DNA of 53,941 nt from Allosphingosinicella sp. (lineage in GTDB: Bacteria > Pseudomonadota > Alphaproteobacteria > Sphingomonadales > Sphingomonadaceae), in NCBI GenBank assembly GCA_036382815.1, contig DASVPM010000314.1:1-53941 (forward strand). The letters are read 5' to 3'. Under the pieces are notes generated by a model. It saw nothing but the letters and a program-made list of their open reading frames with translations. It did no database searches and was not told where the DNA came from. The translations under genes and the position numbers were made by a program. Shown here piece by piece: positions 37,969 through 47,540 of the stretch (the first letter of the stretch is position 1; every line of letters begins with the position of its first letter).

Positions 37969-38853
37969 CTATCTTTTCGAAAGGCCTACCAGCGGGCACC
38001 GCAGGCCGGGCACCGCGACCCGGAACTCGAACAGGTCGCCGGCCTGCGGCTGGCGCTCGATTTCCGTGGGGACGAGAAGCTGGCGCGCGGTGGTCGCGTA
38101 GACAGTCCGCAGGTCGTCGCCTCCAAAGGCTATCTTGGTGATGTTGGCGACGGGGAAGCGGACTCGATCGAGCAGCTCGCCGGCCGGCGAATAGCGGCGC
38201 GCCTCCCAGCCGGCGTAGAGGCTGATCCAGACGCAGCCCTCGCTGTCGACGGTCGGACCGTCGGGGTGGCCCTCACCCGGATCGATCCGCGCGAACGGGC
38301 GGGGCGGACCCAACTCGCCGTCCTCACCGACATCGGCGCAGTCGATCGTGCCCGCGAGCGTGTCGACGAAGTAGAGGATCCGGCCGTCCGGCGACAAGGC
38401 CGGGCCGTTGGTGATCGCGATCCCCTCGAGGCCGGTCGGAGCGACGAGCCCTCGCTCGAAGCGGTAGAAGGCGCCCGTCTTCGCGCTTTCGCCATTGTCC
38501 ATCGTCCCGAACCAGAGCCGTCCGGCGGGATCCACGACCCCGTCGTTGAGCCGGTTGCCCGGCCGCTCGGGCTCGATCTCGGCGATCAGGGTGAAGCGGC
38601 CGGTCAATTCGTCGAAACGGTGGAGGCCGCTCATCAGCCCGGCGACGAAGCCGCCCCCCTCGGCCGGGAGAACGAATCCGACCTGCTCGGGCGCGCTCCA
38701 GGTCCGCCGCTCGGCCGTCGCGGGATCGAACCGGTGGATCTCGCGCTTCTTGATGTCGGTGAACCACAGCGCTCGGTCGCGCTCGACCCAGACCGGCCCC
38801 TCGCCGAGCTCGGCGGCGACATTCCAGACGCTTCTCGGTTCGGTAGGTCCCAT
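37969..38853 (-). CDS. xylC: SMP-30/gluconolactonase family; probable xylono-lactonase
   Basis: ELGEGPVW, NRLNDG, ITNGPALSPDG and GHPDGPTVD motifs. It supplies the Weimberg step missing from the cluster at 11-18 kb. Confidence 0.85.
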   Translation of the reverse strand: MGPTEPRSVWNVAAELGEGPVWVERDRALWFTDIKKREIHRFDPATAERRTWSAPEQVGFVLPAEGGGFVAGLMSGLHRFDELTGRFTLIAEIEPERPGNRLNDGVVDPAGRLWFGTMDNGESAKTGAFYRFERGLVAPTGLEGIAITNGPALSPDGRILYFVDTLAGTIDCADVGEDGELGPPRPFARIDPGEGHPDGPTVDSEGCVWISLYAGWEARRYSPAGELLDRVRFPVANITKIAFGGDDLRTVYATTARQLLVPTEIERQPQAGDLFEFRVAVPGLRCPLVGLSKR

Positions 38854-38948
38854 ATCCTCAGCCCATGATGCCGGAGCAGCCTCTACCCCCGCGCCCGGGC
38901 GGGCTCAAGCCGGACCGGGGACCGCACAGGCTTCCCCGCCGGCTCTAT

Positions 38949-38963
38949 GTTCGCTATTTGTTC
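38949..38963 (+). promoter_or_regulatory. Alphaproteobacterial LexA (SOS) box GTTC-N7-GTTC
   Basis: GTTC GCTATTT GTTC, 3 nt before ATG 38967. Confidence 0.75.
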
Positions 38964-38966
38964 TGC

Positions 38967-39290
38967 ATGGCCGACCTTCCCACTGTCTATCCGCTACGCG
39001 ATCTGTTCGACGCCGCGGTGCGGAACCGTTCGGTCCGGCTGACCTGCGGCCAATGCGGCCACGGCAGCGTGTTCAGCAGCCACGCTTTGTGGTGGCTGTT
39101 CCACCGGAAAGGGTGGGTGGATTCGCTTCGCGAGGTTCGCCGGCGCTGCCTGTGCATCATGTGCCTCCACCGGCGCGGCCTCAAGGTGCGCGACCCGGAG
39201 CTCGAGCTGGTCGACGACGAGGCCACCGACACCAGCCTGCCGATGCCCTCCGAGCTCGACTGGAAGCGGGAAGTCAGGCGCCGGCGCTAA
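38967..39290 (+). CDS. Small putative zinc-binding protein (CxxC...CxxC), 107 aa
   Basis: LTCGQCGH ... RCLCIMC. Start chosen just after the SOS box; alternative 38865. Confidence 0.65.
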   Translation: MADLPTVYPLRDLFDAAVRNRSVRLTCGQCGHGSVFSSHALWWLFHRKGWVDSLREVRRRCLCIMCLHRRGLKVRDPELELVDDEATDTSLPMPSELDWKREVRRRR

Positions 39291-39361
39291 AGCCGGATTG
39301 GGGATGGCGGCCACAAGCCGATTCGGCGATAACCGGGCCGCCCTGATTGTGGAGCGCGCCC

Positions 39362-39511
39362 ATGTCGCTGGACGACGATCTGATCGATACGCCTGACGGC
39401 CCGATGACCTGGGCGCAGTGGAAGAAGCGCAACCCGATCCAGATTCCGTCGCGCCGGACGAAGGGCAAGAAGCTGCCGGTCAAGGTCAAGCGGTTCACCG
39501 ACGAGGCGTGA
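39362..39511 (+). CDS. Small hypothetical protein (49 aa) MSLDDDLIDTPDGPMTWAQWKKRNPIQIPSRRTKGKKLPVKVKRFTDEA
   Basis: Translated by hand; GGAG RBS and strongly GC3-biased codons. Not in the ORF track. Confidence 0.65.
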   Translation: MSLDDDLIDTPDGPMTWAQWKKRNPIQIPSRRTKGKKLPVKVKRFTDEA

Positions 39512-39664
39512 GGTCGCGGCTGCGTGGCCATCCGTCACCCCGACCTGTTCAGGGTCCGGTCTTCTACTCCCGAGGCGCGTCCGCCCTGGATGCCCAAGCA
39601 AGTTCCGCATGACGGATCAGCCTGGGATCACGTGCCGAATTGCCCGGGCCGTCTTTCCGGCTCC

Positions 39665-39690
39665 GGAACAAAGCGCGGAAGCGCGGCATT
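39665..39690 (+). promoter_or_regulatory. Putative EcfG/sigmaT general-stress promoter GGAAC-N17-CATT
   Basis: Motif 28 bp upstream of ATG 39719; near-match to the established GGAAC-N16/17-CGTT consensus. Confidence 0.5.
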
Positions 39691-39718
39691 GAGGCTCCCG
39701 GAAAACGGAAGGAGCCCT

Positions 39719-40381
39719 ATGGCCAAGCTGTTCAAAAACAACGGCCTGACGATCGCGCTCATGCTGCTCTTCCTGGCCAGCATAGTCGGCCAGTGGATCT
39801 CCGGCTGGATGGTCCAGAAGGAGGAGCTGAGCCGCCATGGCCAGGCGACCCTGTCGCTGGCGGCCTATGCGGTGGATTCCGAATTCATCTCGTCCGTGTT
39901 CGAGAATTGGGAGAGCGAGTTCCTGCAGATGTCAGCCTATGTCGTGCTGACGGCGATGCTCATCCAGAAGGGCTCGGCCGAGTCGCGCGATCCCGACGAT
40001 CCCCCCCGCGACCGGGACCTCGAGGCGCAGGCGCATAAGCCCGGCGCTCCGCGAATCCTTCTCGCCGGCCCTGCGGCGCGCTGGATCTACGCCCATTCTC
40101 TGGGGCTCGTGCTGTTCACCCTCTTCCTGCTCTCCTTCGCGCTGCACTGGTGGAACAGCGCGGCCTCGGCCGCGGCGGAGGCCATTCAGCACGGCGACAA
40201 GCCCCTCGGCCATCTCGCTTATCTCGCCGATCCGCAGCTCTGGTTCGAAAGCTTCCAGAACTGGCAGAGCGAGTTCCTGTCGACCGCCGTCCTGGTCGTC
40301 CTGTCGATCTGGCTCAGGCAGCGCGAATCCCCGGAGTCGAAACCGGTGGCGGCGACTCACCGCTCGACGGGCGCCGCCTGA
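39719..40381 (+). CDS. Membrane protein, DUF6766-like
   Basis: TM segments and an internally repeated motif FENWESEFLQ / FQNWQSEFLS. RBS AAGGAG. Confidence 0.78.
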   Translation: MAKLFKNNGLTIALMLLFLASIVGQWISGWMVQKEELSRHGQATLSLAAYAVDSEFISSVFENWESEFLQMSAYVVLTAMLIQKGSAESRDPDDPPRDRDLEAQAHKPGAPRILLAGPAARWIYAHSLGLVLFTLFLLSFALHWWNSAASAAAEAIQHGDKPLGHLAYLADPQLWFESFQNWQSEFLSTAVLVVLSIWLRQRESPESKPVAATHRSTGAA

Positions 40382-40848
40382 ACCTGTCGCCGCGCCCGCC
40401 GCGGGAATGCTTTTCCGAATCGCTTAAATAGGTTATGGAAGACTCGGGGACGGGAGATAGTCGCCTTCAAAGGCAGCTGTCGGCGAAGCGCCTCGGCACG
40501 CATCCGGGGCGCTTCGTTTTTTCAGGCCCTTTTTCCCGCAACGCAAAATTTTTCGGAACCCGAAGGCGGGGAGGACGTTCTGCCTGTACCCCCCCCCGCG
40601 GTGATCGGCATCCCCCCCTCCCCGCCGACACCGCAGAGCCCCGGCCCGCAAGGGCTGGGGCTTTTTCTTTTAGGATGCGCGGCGGCAGCTTCGATAAGTC
40701 GCGGCGATGGCCGGGCCCAGCCCTCCCGCTCCCTCCTGCTTGGGTCTCCGCTTTTGCCGGGATGCCGGTCGAACGCGACTGCCTGCCCTCGGAGACCGCG
40801 AAGCCGGGGCCCGGACCTAAGCCCTCAGTTCACATTTGTTCTATCCGC

Positions 40849-40872
40849 TTGACAATCGAACACACAGTGAAC
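40849..40872 (+). promoter_or_regulatory. Sigma70 -35 (TTGACA) followed by LexA box GAAC-N7-GAAC
   Basis: TTGACA at 40849-40854; GAAC ACACAGT GAAC at 40858-40872, lying in the promoter spacer. Confidence 0.72.
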
Positions 40873-40963
40873 ATGACGTTATTTCAGCGCCGTAAGGAAC
40901 TGAGATGGATCAAAGTTCCGCATCGCGCGTTGGGCGGTTGTGGATAAGTAAGGGGATAAGGCT

Positions 40964-41149
40964 GTGATTTACCTGGCTGCCGCGCTCTTCTTCACCCTCG
41001 CCTTGCTCGCCGCCCTGGTGGCGATCCACGTGACGGTGCGGCTCCATTGGCCCGAAATCCTGCTCGCGCTGCGTGGCGAGCTGGGGGCGGCTACGCCTTC
41101 GGCGAGAGTGGCTCCGGCCGGACCGGCTCGGCAACCCGCTGCCTTTTAA
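40964..41149 (+). CDS. Small single-pass membrane protein (61 aa), probably SOS-regulated
   Basis: Hydrophobic N-terminus IYLAAALFFTLALLAALVAI; purine-rich RBS. Its 3' end overlaps the convergent pssA end. Confidence 0.55.
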   Translation: MIYLAAALFFTLALLAALVAIHVTVRLHWPEILLALRGELGAATPSARVAPAGPARQPAAF

Positions 41150-41921
41150 CCTTCGCGTAGCTCGCGATACTGAGCGGGATCATCACCGCATAGAGCATGG
41201 CCGCGACGCTCAGCGTCGGGAAGGGCGCCGAGATCAGCGCCGCGAACACCAGGGCGATGACGACGAGAGCGCCAAGCCTGACATGGCTGCGCAGCCGGAG
41301 CGAACCCCACGAGAAAGTGGCGAGGTTCGAGATCATCAGGAAGCCGACCAGGGCCGCCCACGGCGCCGCCAGCCAGGCTTCGCGGAACGTCGGCTCGCCC
41401 GTCCACGACCACAGATAGACCGGGAGCAGCACCAGGCCCGCCCCCGCGGGCGCCGGCACTCCGGTCAGGAAACCCGCCGATTTGTGCGGCTGGTCGACGG
41501 AGTCGATGTTCGCGTTAAAGCGGGCGAGTCGAAGGGCGGCGCAAACCGCATAGGCCAGCAGGAAAAGCCAGCCGTAGCGGTTCCACCGCTCGAGGTCGGA
41601 CCCGAGCTCCCCCAAGGGCTCCAGCACCCACAGGTAGAGAATGATCGCCGGGGCGACTCCGAACGCGGTGACGTCCGACAGCGAGTCGAGTTCGGCTCCG
41701 AAGCGGCTCTGTCCGTTGAGCAGCCTCGCGATCCGGCCGTCGAGCCCGTCGAGGATGGCGGCGATGACGACCGCCGCCACCGCCTTGTCCCATTCACCGC
41801 CGATCCCGAAGCGGATCCCGAACAGGCCTGAGCACAAGGCCAGGGCCGTCACCGCATTGGGGACGATCGTTCGAAGCGGAATGCCGCGGCGCGGCCGGTT
41901 CGCGCGCGCCGGCCCGTTCAC
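41091..41921 (-). CDS. pssA: CDP-diacylglycerol--serine O-phosphatidyltransferase
   Basis: [11 protein letters not shown]...[10 protein letters not shown] (CDP-alcohol phosphatidyltransferase motif) and LRLARFN; coupled to psd. Confidence 0.9.
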   Translation of the reverse strand: MNGPARANRPRRGIPLRTIVPNAVTALALCSGLFGIRFGIGGEWDKAVAAVVIAAILDGLDGRIARLLNGQSRFGAELDSLSDVTAFGVAPAIILYLWVLEPLGELGSDLERWNRYGWLFLLAYAVCAALRLARFNANIDSVDQPHKSAGFLTGVPAPAGAGLVLLPVYLWSWTGEPTFREAWLAAPWAALVGFLMISNLATFSWGSLRLRSHVRLGALVVIALVFAALISAPFPTLSVAAMLYAVMIPLSIASYAKVKRQRVAEPVRPEPLSPKA

Positions 41922-42655
41922 TGGGCGACGCCCTCCAGCGCTTCGGAAACGCCGGCCCGGGCGATGATCGTCTCGCCGGCGATGGTGCGCTGGCCGAGCA
42001 GCACCTGCGAGGAGGTGCCGGCGGGGAGATAGACGTCGACCCGGCTCCCGAAGCGGATCAGGCCCACGCGCTGGCCCGCCGCGACATAGTCGCCCGCCTT
42101 GACCCAGGGCACGATCCGCCTCGCGACGAGCCCGGCGATCTGAGTGAAGCCGATCCTGAGGCCGTCGCGGCCCTCGACCAGGAAGTGGTTGCGCTCATTC
42201 TCGTCGCTGGCCTTGTCGAGGTCGGCGTTGAGGAACTTGCCGGCGATGTAGACGACCCGCTTGATCTCGCCGGCGATCGGCGAGCGGTTGATGTGGACGT
42301 CGAACACCGACATGAAGATCGAGACCCGCATGCACGGGCCGGGCGGAAGGCCGTCGTCGCCGACGAGCTCGGCCGGGGCCGGGACCGTCGCGATCATCGT
42401 CACCATTCCGTCCGCCGGAGCCACGATCAGCCCCTCGCCCTTGGGCGTGGTGCGGATCGGATCGCGGAAGAAGGCGGCGACCCACAGGCTGATCCCCGCC
42501 GAGAGCCAGCCGGCGATCTCCCATTCCACGACCACCCAGAAGAACAGGGTGATGGCAGCGGCGATGACGACGAACTTGCGGCCTTCCGGATGCACGCTCG
42601 GCATCCGGTAGCGCACATTGGTCGTGACCAGGTCCGGCTTTTCGAGGGAGGTCAT
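41918..42655 (-). CDS. psd: Phosphatidylserine decarboxylase proenzyme
   Basis: [28 protein letters not shown] and the FGSRVD cleavage motif. ATG 42655. Confidence 0.93.
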   Translation of the reverse strand: MTSLEKPDLVTTNVRYRMPSVHPEGRKFVVIAAAITLFFWVVVEWEIAGWLSAGISLWVAAFFRDPIRTTPKGEGLIVAPADGMVTMIATVPAPAELVGDDGLPPGPCMRVSIFMSVFDVHINRSPIAGEIKRVVYIAGKFLNADLDKASDENERNHFLVEGRDGLRIGFTQIAGLVARRIVPWVKAGDYVAAGQRVGLIRFGSRVDVYLPAGTSSQVLLGQRTIAGETIIARAGVSEALEGVAQ

Positions 42656-42706
42656 GGCCCTGCCTTTAGGCGGGGGCGGGCGGGGATACAACCGCGGGCG
42701 ACGAGT

Positions 42707-42775
42707 GTTCCCCGGCGAAGGCCGGGGCCCAGCGGCACCGATCGCGAAACTGGGCCCCGGCCTTCGCCGGGGAGC
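42707..42775. repeat. REP-like inverted palindrome pair
   Basis: CCCCGGCGAAGGCCGGGGCCCAG ... CTGGGCCCCGGCCTTCGCCGGGG. Confidence 0.8.
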
Positions 42776-42855
42776 AAAGCGCTCTGGTTGATCCCCGCCC
42801 CGTCCCCGCCTACAGCGCCCGGCAACCTTTACATCCAAAAGAGAGCGCGAGCCGA

Positions 42856-44073
42856 ATGGCGAAGATCAAGGTGAAGAACCCCGTCGTCGAGCTGGACGGG
42901 GACGAGATGACCCGCATCATCTGGCAGTGGATCCGCGAGCGGCTGATCCTCCCCTATCTCGACGTCGAATTGCTCTATTTCGACCTCGGAATGGAGAATC
43001 GCGACGCGACCGACGACCGCGTGACGGTCGAATCGGCCGAGGCGATCAGGAAGCACGGCGTCGGAGTCAAATGCGCGACGATCACTCCGGACGAGGCGCG
43101 GGTCGAGGAGTTCGGCCTCAAGAAGATGTGGAAATCGCCCAACGGCACCATCCGCAACATCCTCGGCGGGGTCGTCTTCCGCGAGCCGATCGTCATCGAG
43201 AACGTCCCCCGGCTGATCCCGGGCTGGACCGACCCGATCGTCGTCGGCCGCCACGCTTTCGGCGACCAGTACAAGGCGACCGACTTCAAGGTCCCCGGCC
43301 CCGGCAAGCTCACCATCAAGTGGACGGGCGAGGACGGCCAGGAGATCGAGCACGAGGTGTTCGACTTCCCCTCTTCGGGCGTCGCCATGGGCATGTACAA
43401 TCTCGACGATTCGATCCGCGATTTCGCCCGCGCCTGCTTCAATTACGGCCTGGGCCGCAAATGGCCGGTCTACCTGTCGACCAAGAACACCATCCTCAAG
43501 GCCTATGACGGCCGCTTCAAGGATATCTTCCAGGAGATTTTCGAGAGCGAATTCAAGGCGAAGTTCGACGAAGCCGGCACCGAATATCAGCATCGACTGA
43601 TCGACGACCTGGTCGCCTCGGCGCTGAAGTGGAGCGGCAAGTTCGTCTGGGCCTGCAAGAATTACGACGGCGACGTCCAGTCCGACATGGTCGCCCAGGG
43701 CTTCGGCTCGCTGGGCCTGATGACCTCGATCCTGATGACTCCCGACGGCAAGATCGTCGAGGCCGAGGCGGCGCACGGCACCGTCACCCGCCACTATCGT
43801 ATGCACCAGCAGGGCAAGGCGACCTCGACCAACCCGCTCGCCTCGATCTTCGCCTGGACCGGGGGCCTCAAGTTCCGCGGCAAGTTCGACGACACGCCCG
43901 AGGTGACCCGGTTCGCCGAGACTCTCGAGCGGGTCTGCATCGAGACGGTCGAATCCGGCCAGATGACCAAGGACCTCGCCATCCTGATCGGCCCGGAGCA
44001 GAGCTGGATGACCACGGAGCAGTTCTTCGAGGCGATCCGGGCCAATCTCGAGAAGGCGATGGCGGCCGCGTAA
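42856..44073 (+). CDS. icd: NADP-dependent isocitrate dehydrogenase
   Basis: [43 protein letters not shown] and [10 protein letters not shown] motifs. Confidence 0.97.
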   Translation: MAKIKVKNPVVELDGDEMTRIIWQWIRERLILPYLDVELLYFDLGMENRDATDDRVTVESAEAIRKHGVGVKCATITPDEARVEEFGLKKMWKSPNGTIRNILGGVVFREPIVIENVPRLIPGWTDPIVVGRHAFGDQYKATDFKVPGPGKLTIKWTGEDGQEIEHEVFDFPSSGVAMGMYNLDDSIRDFARACFNYGLGRKWPVYLSTKNTILKAYDGRFKDIFQEIFESEFKAKFDEAGTEYQHRLIDDLVASALKWSGKFVWACKNYDGDVQSDMVAQGFGSLGLMTSILMTPDGKIVEAEAAHGTVTRHYRMHQQGKATSTNPLASIFAWTGGLKFRGKFDDTPEVTRFAETLERVCIETVESGQMTKDLAILIGPEQSWMTTEQFFEAIRANLEKAMAAA

Positions 44074-44095
44074 GCACGGGGTGGCGGAGAATATT

Positions 44096-44177
44096 CGTCA
44101 TCCCGGCGAAAGCCGGGACCTCAGGACGCAAAGTCTCGGCGGGTCTCCCCGAGGTCCCGGCTTTCGCCGGGATGACG
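44096..44177. repeat. REP-like inverted palindrome pair
   Basis: CGTCATCCCGGCGAAAGCCGGGACCTC ... GAGGTCCCGGCTTTCGCCGGGATGACG (perfect 27-bp arms). Confidence 0.85.
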
Positions 44178-45392
44178 TGCGACGGGCGAGCGCACATGCT
44201 CGGCTTTCCAGCCGAATCCGATGAAGGCGGCCGGGAATCGACGGAGCCATTTGAAGCGGTTCAACAGTCGCAAAGCGAAGGCAGGCTTCAAAGGCCCTTC
44301 CTGCTTCTCCAGCAGGCGCGACACCACCCGCCGCTGCGCGACGTCCTGGAAACCCTGGATCAGCCGCACCGCCGGCAGGCGCCGCTCCTGCACCTTCGAA
44401 AGCAGCGGATCGAGGTCGGCGCCGGCCGCCATCGGCCCGGCGATCGCGTTGGCCGCCGCCACCGCGTCCTGGACCGCGACGTTGATCCCGACTCCGCCGA
44501 TCGGCGACATGGCGTGGGCGGCGTCGCCGATGACGAGCAGCCCCGGGGCGTGCCATAGCTCGAGGCGGTCCAGCGCCACGGTGAGCAATTTGACGTCGTC
44601 CCAGCTCGATATGGCGGCGACGTCGAGGGGGATGTGCCGGGCGGTGGCCGCCACGTCCGCCCGGAAGCGGTCGAGACCGCGGCCCCGCACCTCGTCGGCG
44701 GTGCCCTTGGCGAAGACGTAGGCGCATTGCCAGTAATCGCCGCGGTCGATCAGGGCCATGATCCGGCCGGCGACGATTACCCCGGTCGATTCGTTCTCGG
44801 CCGCCCACGCCTTGGGGATGCGGAACCAGAACACGTCCATCGGCGCCCCGAACGACCGGAGGGGCAGCTGCGCGTCCTCGCGAAGCACCGAGCGGCGGCC
44901 GTCGGAGGCGATGACGAGCGAGGCGGCGAGCTCGAGCTCCTCGCCGGCCGAGCGGTAGCGGACTCCGCACACCCTGCCCTCCCGTCGGACCAGCCCGACC
45001 GCCTCCGCGTCCATCACGAGGGTGAAATGCGGGTAGCGGCGGGCTTCGTCGGCGACGAAATCGAGGAAATGCCATTGCGGCATCATCGCGATGAAGTTCC
45101 AGCGCGGGTCGAAGCCCGACATGTCGGCGATCTCGAGCTCGCGATCGCCGACCCAGGCGCCGAGGCTGTGCACCTTGTCGTGAGGCCGCTCGAGCAGCCG
45201 GTCGAGAAGGCCCAGCTCCGAGAAGATCCTCAGGGTCGAGGGGTGGACGGTGTCGCCCCGGAAGTCGCGGAGGAAGTCGCCATGCTTCTCGAGCACGGTC
45301 ACCGGCACGCCGGCCCGGGCGAAGAGCAGGCCCGCGACCATCCCCGCGGGGCCGCCGCCGACGATGACGAGATGTTGCTGCCCCCCGGCCAT
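44121..45392 (-). CDS. FAD-dependent oxidoreductase/monooxygenase (UbiH-like family)
   Basis: IVGGGPAG, RDFRGDTVHPST, SDGRRS and IGDAAHAMSPIGGVGIN motifs. ATG 45392. Confidence 0.9.
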   Translation of the reverse strand: MAGGQQHLVIVGGGPAGMVAGLLFARAGVPVTVLEKHGDFLRDFRGDTVHPSTLRIFSELGLLDRLLERPHDKVHSLGAWVGDRELEIADMSGFDPRWNFIAMMPQWHFLDFVADEARRYPHFTLVMDAEAVGLVRREGRVCGVRYRSAGEELELAASLVIASDGRRSVLREDAQLPLRSFGAPMDVFWFRIPKAWAAENESTGVIVAGRIMALIDRGDYWQCAYVFAKGTADEVRGRGLDRFRADVAATARHIPLDVAAISSWDDVKLLTVALDRLELWHAPGLLVIGDAAHAMSPIGGVGINVAVQDAVAAANAIAGPMAAGADLDPLLSKVQERRLPAVRLIQGFQDVAQRRVVSRLLEKQEGPLKPAFALRLLNRFKWLRRFPAAFIGFGWKAEHVRSPVARHPGESRDLGETRRDFAS

Positions 45393-45428
45393 GGCTGACA
45401 ATGGGCCGCAATGCTGCATAAAGGCAAG

Positions 45429-47210
45429 ATGCACGCCAACTTCCAGACTTCCGGCTTCAGCGACGCGCTCGTCATCCTCGGCGCCGCCGGCGTGGTCATT
45501 CCCGCCTTCGCCCGGTTCCGGATCAGCCCGGTCATCGGCTTCATCCTCGTCGGCCTGCTCGTCGGCCCCGCGGGGCTCGGTGCGATGGCGGGCGGGACGC
45601 CCTGGCTGAACTACGTCACGATTTCGAACCCGGAGGCGGTCGAGCCGTTCGCCGAATTCGGGATCGTCCTCCTCCTCTTCGCCATCGGCCTCGAACTCTC
45701 CTTCCGCCGCCTGTGGACGATGCGGCGGCTGGTCTTCGGAGTCGGCGCGGCCGAGCTCCTGGTCTGCGCCCTTCTCCTCGGCCTCGCGGTGAACATGCTC
45801 GGCCAGAGCCTGAGCGGCTCGGTCGCCCTCGGCCTCGCCCTCGCGCTCTCCTCGACTGCGCTCGTCCTGCCCCTCGTCGGAACGACGAGCCCGGTCGGCC
45901 GGTCGGCGCTGGCAATGCTCCTGTTCGAGGATCTGGCGATCGTCCCGATCATCTTCCTCCTGGGAGCGATGGCGCCCTTCGCCGCGGCGAGCGGATTCGA
46001 CGGGCTGGTCAACACATTGCTGCTCGGAGTCCTGGTCGTCGTCGCCATGCTGGTGCTCGGCCGGCTGCTCCTGCCGCGGCTGTTCGCGCAGGCCGCCCGG
46101 ACCAAGAGCCCCGAGCTGTTCCTCGCCGCAAGCCTGCTGGTCGTTATCGTCGCGAGCCTCGCCACCACCGCGGCCGGCCTCTCCCCGCTGATGGGCGCGC
46201 TGCTCGCCGGGATCCTGATCGCCGAGACCGACTATCGAAGCGAGGTCGAGGTCATCACCGCCCCCTTCCGCGGGCTGGCGCTCGGGATCTTCCTGATCAC
46301 GGTGGGGATGAGCGTCGATGTCCGGCTGGTCGCCGCCAATTGGGAGGCGATCGTCGGCGCCGTGGTCGGAGTTGTGCTGCTCAAGGCGCTCGTCACCGGC
46401 CTCCTGCTTCGGCTCAACGGCGCTCGGCGGGCAGTCGCCGCCGAGGCCGGGCTGATCATGGCGTCGCCCTCCGAGACGACGCTGATCGTCCTCGCCACCG
46501 CGGCGGCGGCGCAATTGATCAGCGCGGAGACCGCGGCCTTCTGGCAGATCGTCACCGCCATCGGGCTGACGCTCACGCCGTTGCTCGCCAAGCTCGGCCA
46601 GCTGGCGGCGCGGCGGGTCGACTTCCAGCCGGAGGACGAAGGCGCCGCGATCGGCGAGGGCGACAAGAGCCGGGTGGTCGTCATCGGCTTCGGCCGGGTC
46701 GGCCGTCTCGTCGCCGAGATGCTCACCGCCCACGGCCGGCGCTATGTGGCGGTCGATTCGAGCATCGACACGGTCGCCGCCTGCCGCAAGGACGGGATAC
46801 CGATCGTCTACGGCGACGTCGCCCGCGCCGAGTTCATGGACCGGCTCAACCTCGGCCACGCCACCGCGCTCGTCCTCACCATGGACGATCCGGTGCTGAG
46901 CGTCAGGGTGACCAAGAAGGTGCGCGCCTGGTGCCCCGGCCTCACCATCGTCGCCCGGGCCCGCGACGCGGCCCACGCCGCCGAGCTCTACCGGGCCGGC
47001 GCCACCGACGCGGTGCCCGAGACGCTCGAATCCTCGCTTCAGCTGTCCGAGGCGGTCCTCGTCGACCTCGGAATGGCGATGGGCCCGGTCATCGCCTCGA
47101 TCCACGAGAAAAGGGCCGAGCTGAGGAAGGAGATCATGGAGCTGGGCGAGATGGACCAGGAGCCGAAGCTCGAGCGGCGCCGGCTCAGGGATGCGCTGAA
47201 GGCAAGGTGA
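45429..47210 (+). CDS. Cation:proton antiporter (CPA2, KefB/KefC-like) with C-terminal TrkA-N/RCK domain
   Basis: AEFGIVLLLFAIGLELS, ALSSTA, LFEDLAIVP and GFGRVG...YGD motifs. Confidence 0.9.
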   Translation: MHANFQTSGFSDALVILGAAGVVIPAFARFRISPVIGFILVGLLVGPAGLGAMAGGTPWLNYVTISNPEAVEPFAEFGIVLLLFAIGLELSFRRLWTMRRLVFGVGAAELLVCALLLGLAVNMLGQSLSGSVALGLALALSSTALVLPLVGTTSPVGRSALAMLLFEDLAIVPIIFLLGAMAPFAAASGFDGLVNTLLLGVLVVVAMLVLGRLLLPRLFAQAARTKSPELFLAASLLVVIVASLATTAAGLSPLMGALLAGILIAETDYRSEVEVITAPFRGLALGIFLITVGMSVDVRLVAANWEAIVGAVVGVVLLKALVTGLLLRLNGARRAVAAEAGLIMASPSETTLIVLATAAAAQLISAETAAFWQIVTAIGLTLTPLLAKLGQLAARRVDFQPEDEGAAIGEGDKSRVVVIGFGRVGRLVAEMLTAHGRRYVAVDSSIDTVAACRKDGIPIVYGDVARAEFMDRLNLGHATALVLTMDDPVLSVRVTKKVRAWCPGLTIVARARDAAHAAELYRAGATDAVPETLESSLQLSEAVLVDLGMAMGPVIASIHEKRAELRKEIMELGEMDQEPKLERRRLRDALKAR

Positions 47211-47242
47211 TCGAATTCCCAAGAGCGGCGGCGTTACACGTG

Positions 47243-47257
47243 GAACATATCACGAAC
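47243..47257. promoter_or_regulatory. LexA-box match GAAC-N7-GAAC (target unclear)
   Basis: GAAC ATATCAC GAAC in the AT-richer intergenic region. Confidence 0.5.
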
Positions 47258-47512
47258 TGATATTCCAGGCAAAACAGGGAGGCGTGCGTCTCGAATTTGC
47301 AAAAACGTCTTCCCCTGCGCGACCCTTTTTCGGCTAAGATATTGTTTTCAGGCCGGATAACCGATGGGAGAGACTCGGCTTAAAACCGATCGGGATCGCC
47401 ACGAATCGTTAGAAATCGCCACGAATCGCGTCATTTCGCGTCGATCAGCCACTTTTCCGGGCCCGTACCCTGAAGCAAGTTCCGGGTGACGGGGGGCCGA
47501 AACCCCGCTAGC

Positions 47513-47527
47513 GTTCATTCTCCGTTC
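47513..47527 (+). promoter_or_regulatory. LexA box GTTC-N7-GTTC upstream of the DUF763 gene
   Basis: GTTC ATTCTCC GTTC, 10-13 nt before the ATG. Confidence 0.72.
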
Positions 47528-47540
47528 CGTGGAGCAAATG

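Noticed and set aside
40828-40841. GTTC-N6-GTTC as an additional LexA box
   Set aside because: The spacer is 6 nt rather than 7, so it was not counted.
40435-40947. 170-aa ORF and C-homopolymer tracts in the intergenic region as a gene or phase-variation site
   Set aside because: The translation is low-complexity and crosses a degenerate REP arm and a promoter. No supported CDS contains the tracts.
44121-47222. 1033-aa ORF as a fusion protein
   Set aside because: The upstream part is the antisense shadow of the CPA2 antiporter. The oxidoreductase begins at 45392.
47284-47337. 17-aa ORF after the distal LexA box
   Set aside because: Poor RBS spacing and atypical codons; unsupported.
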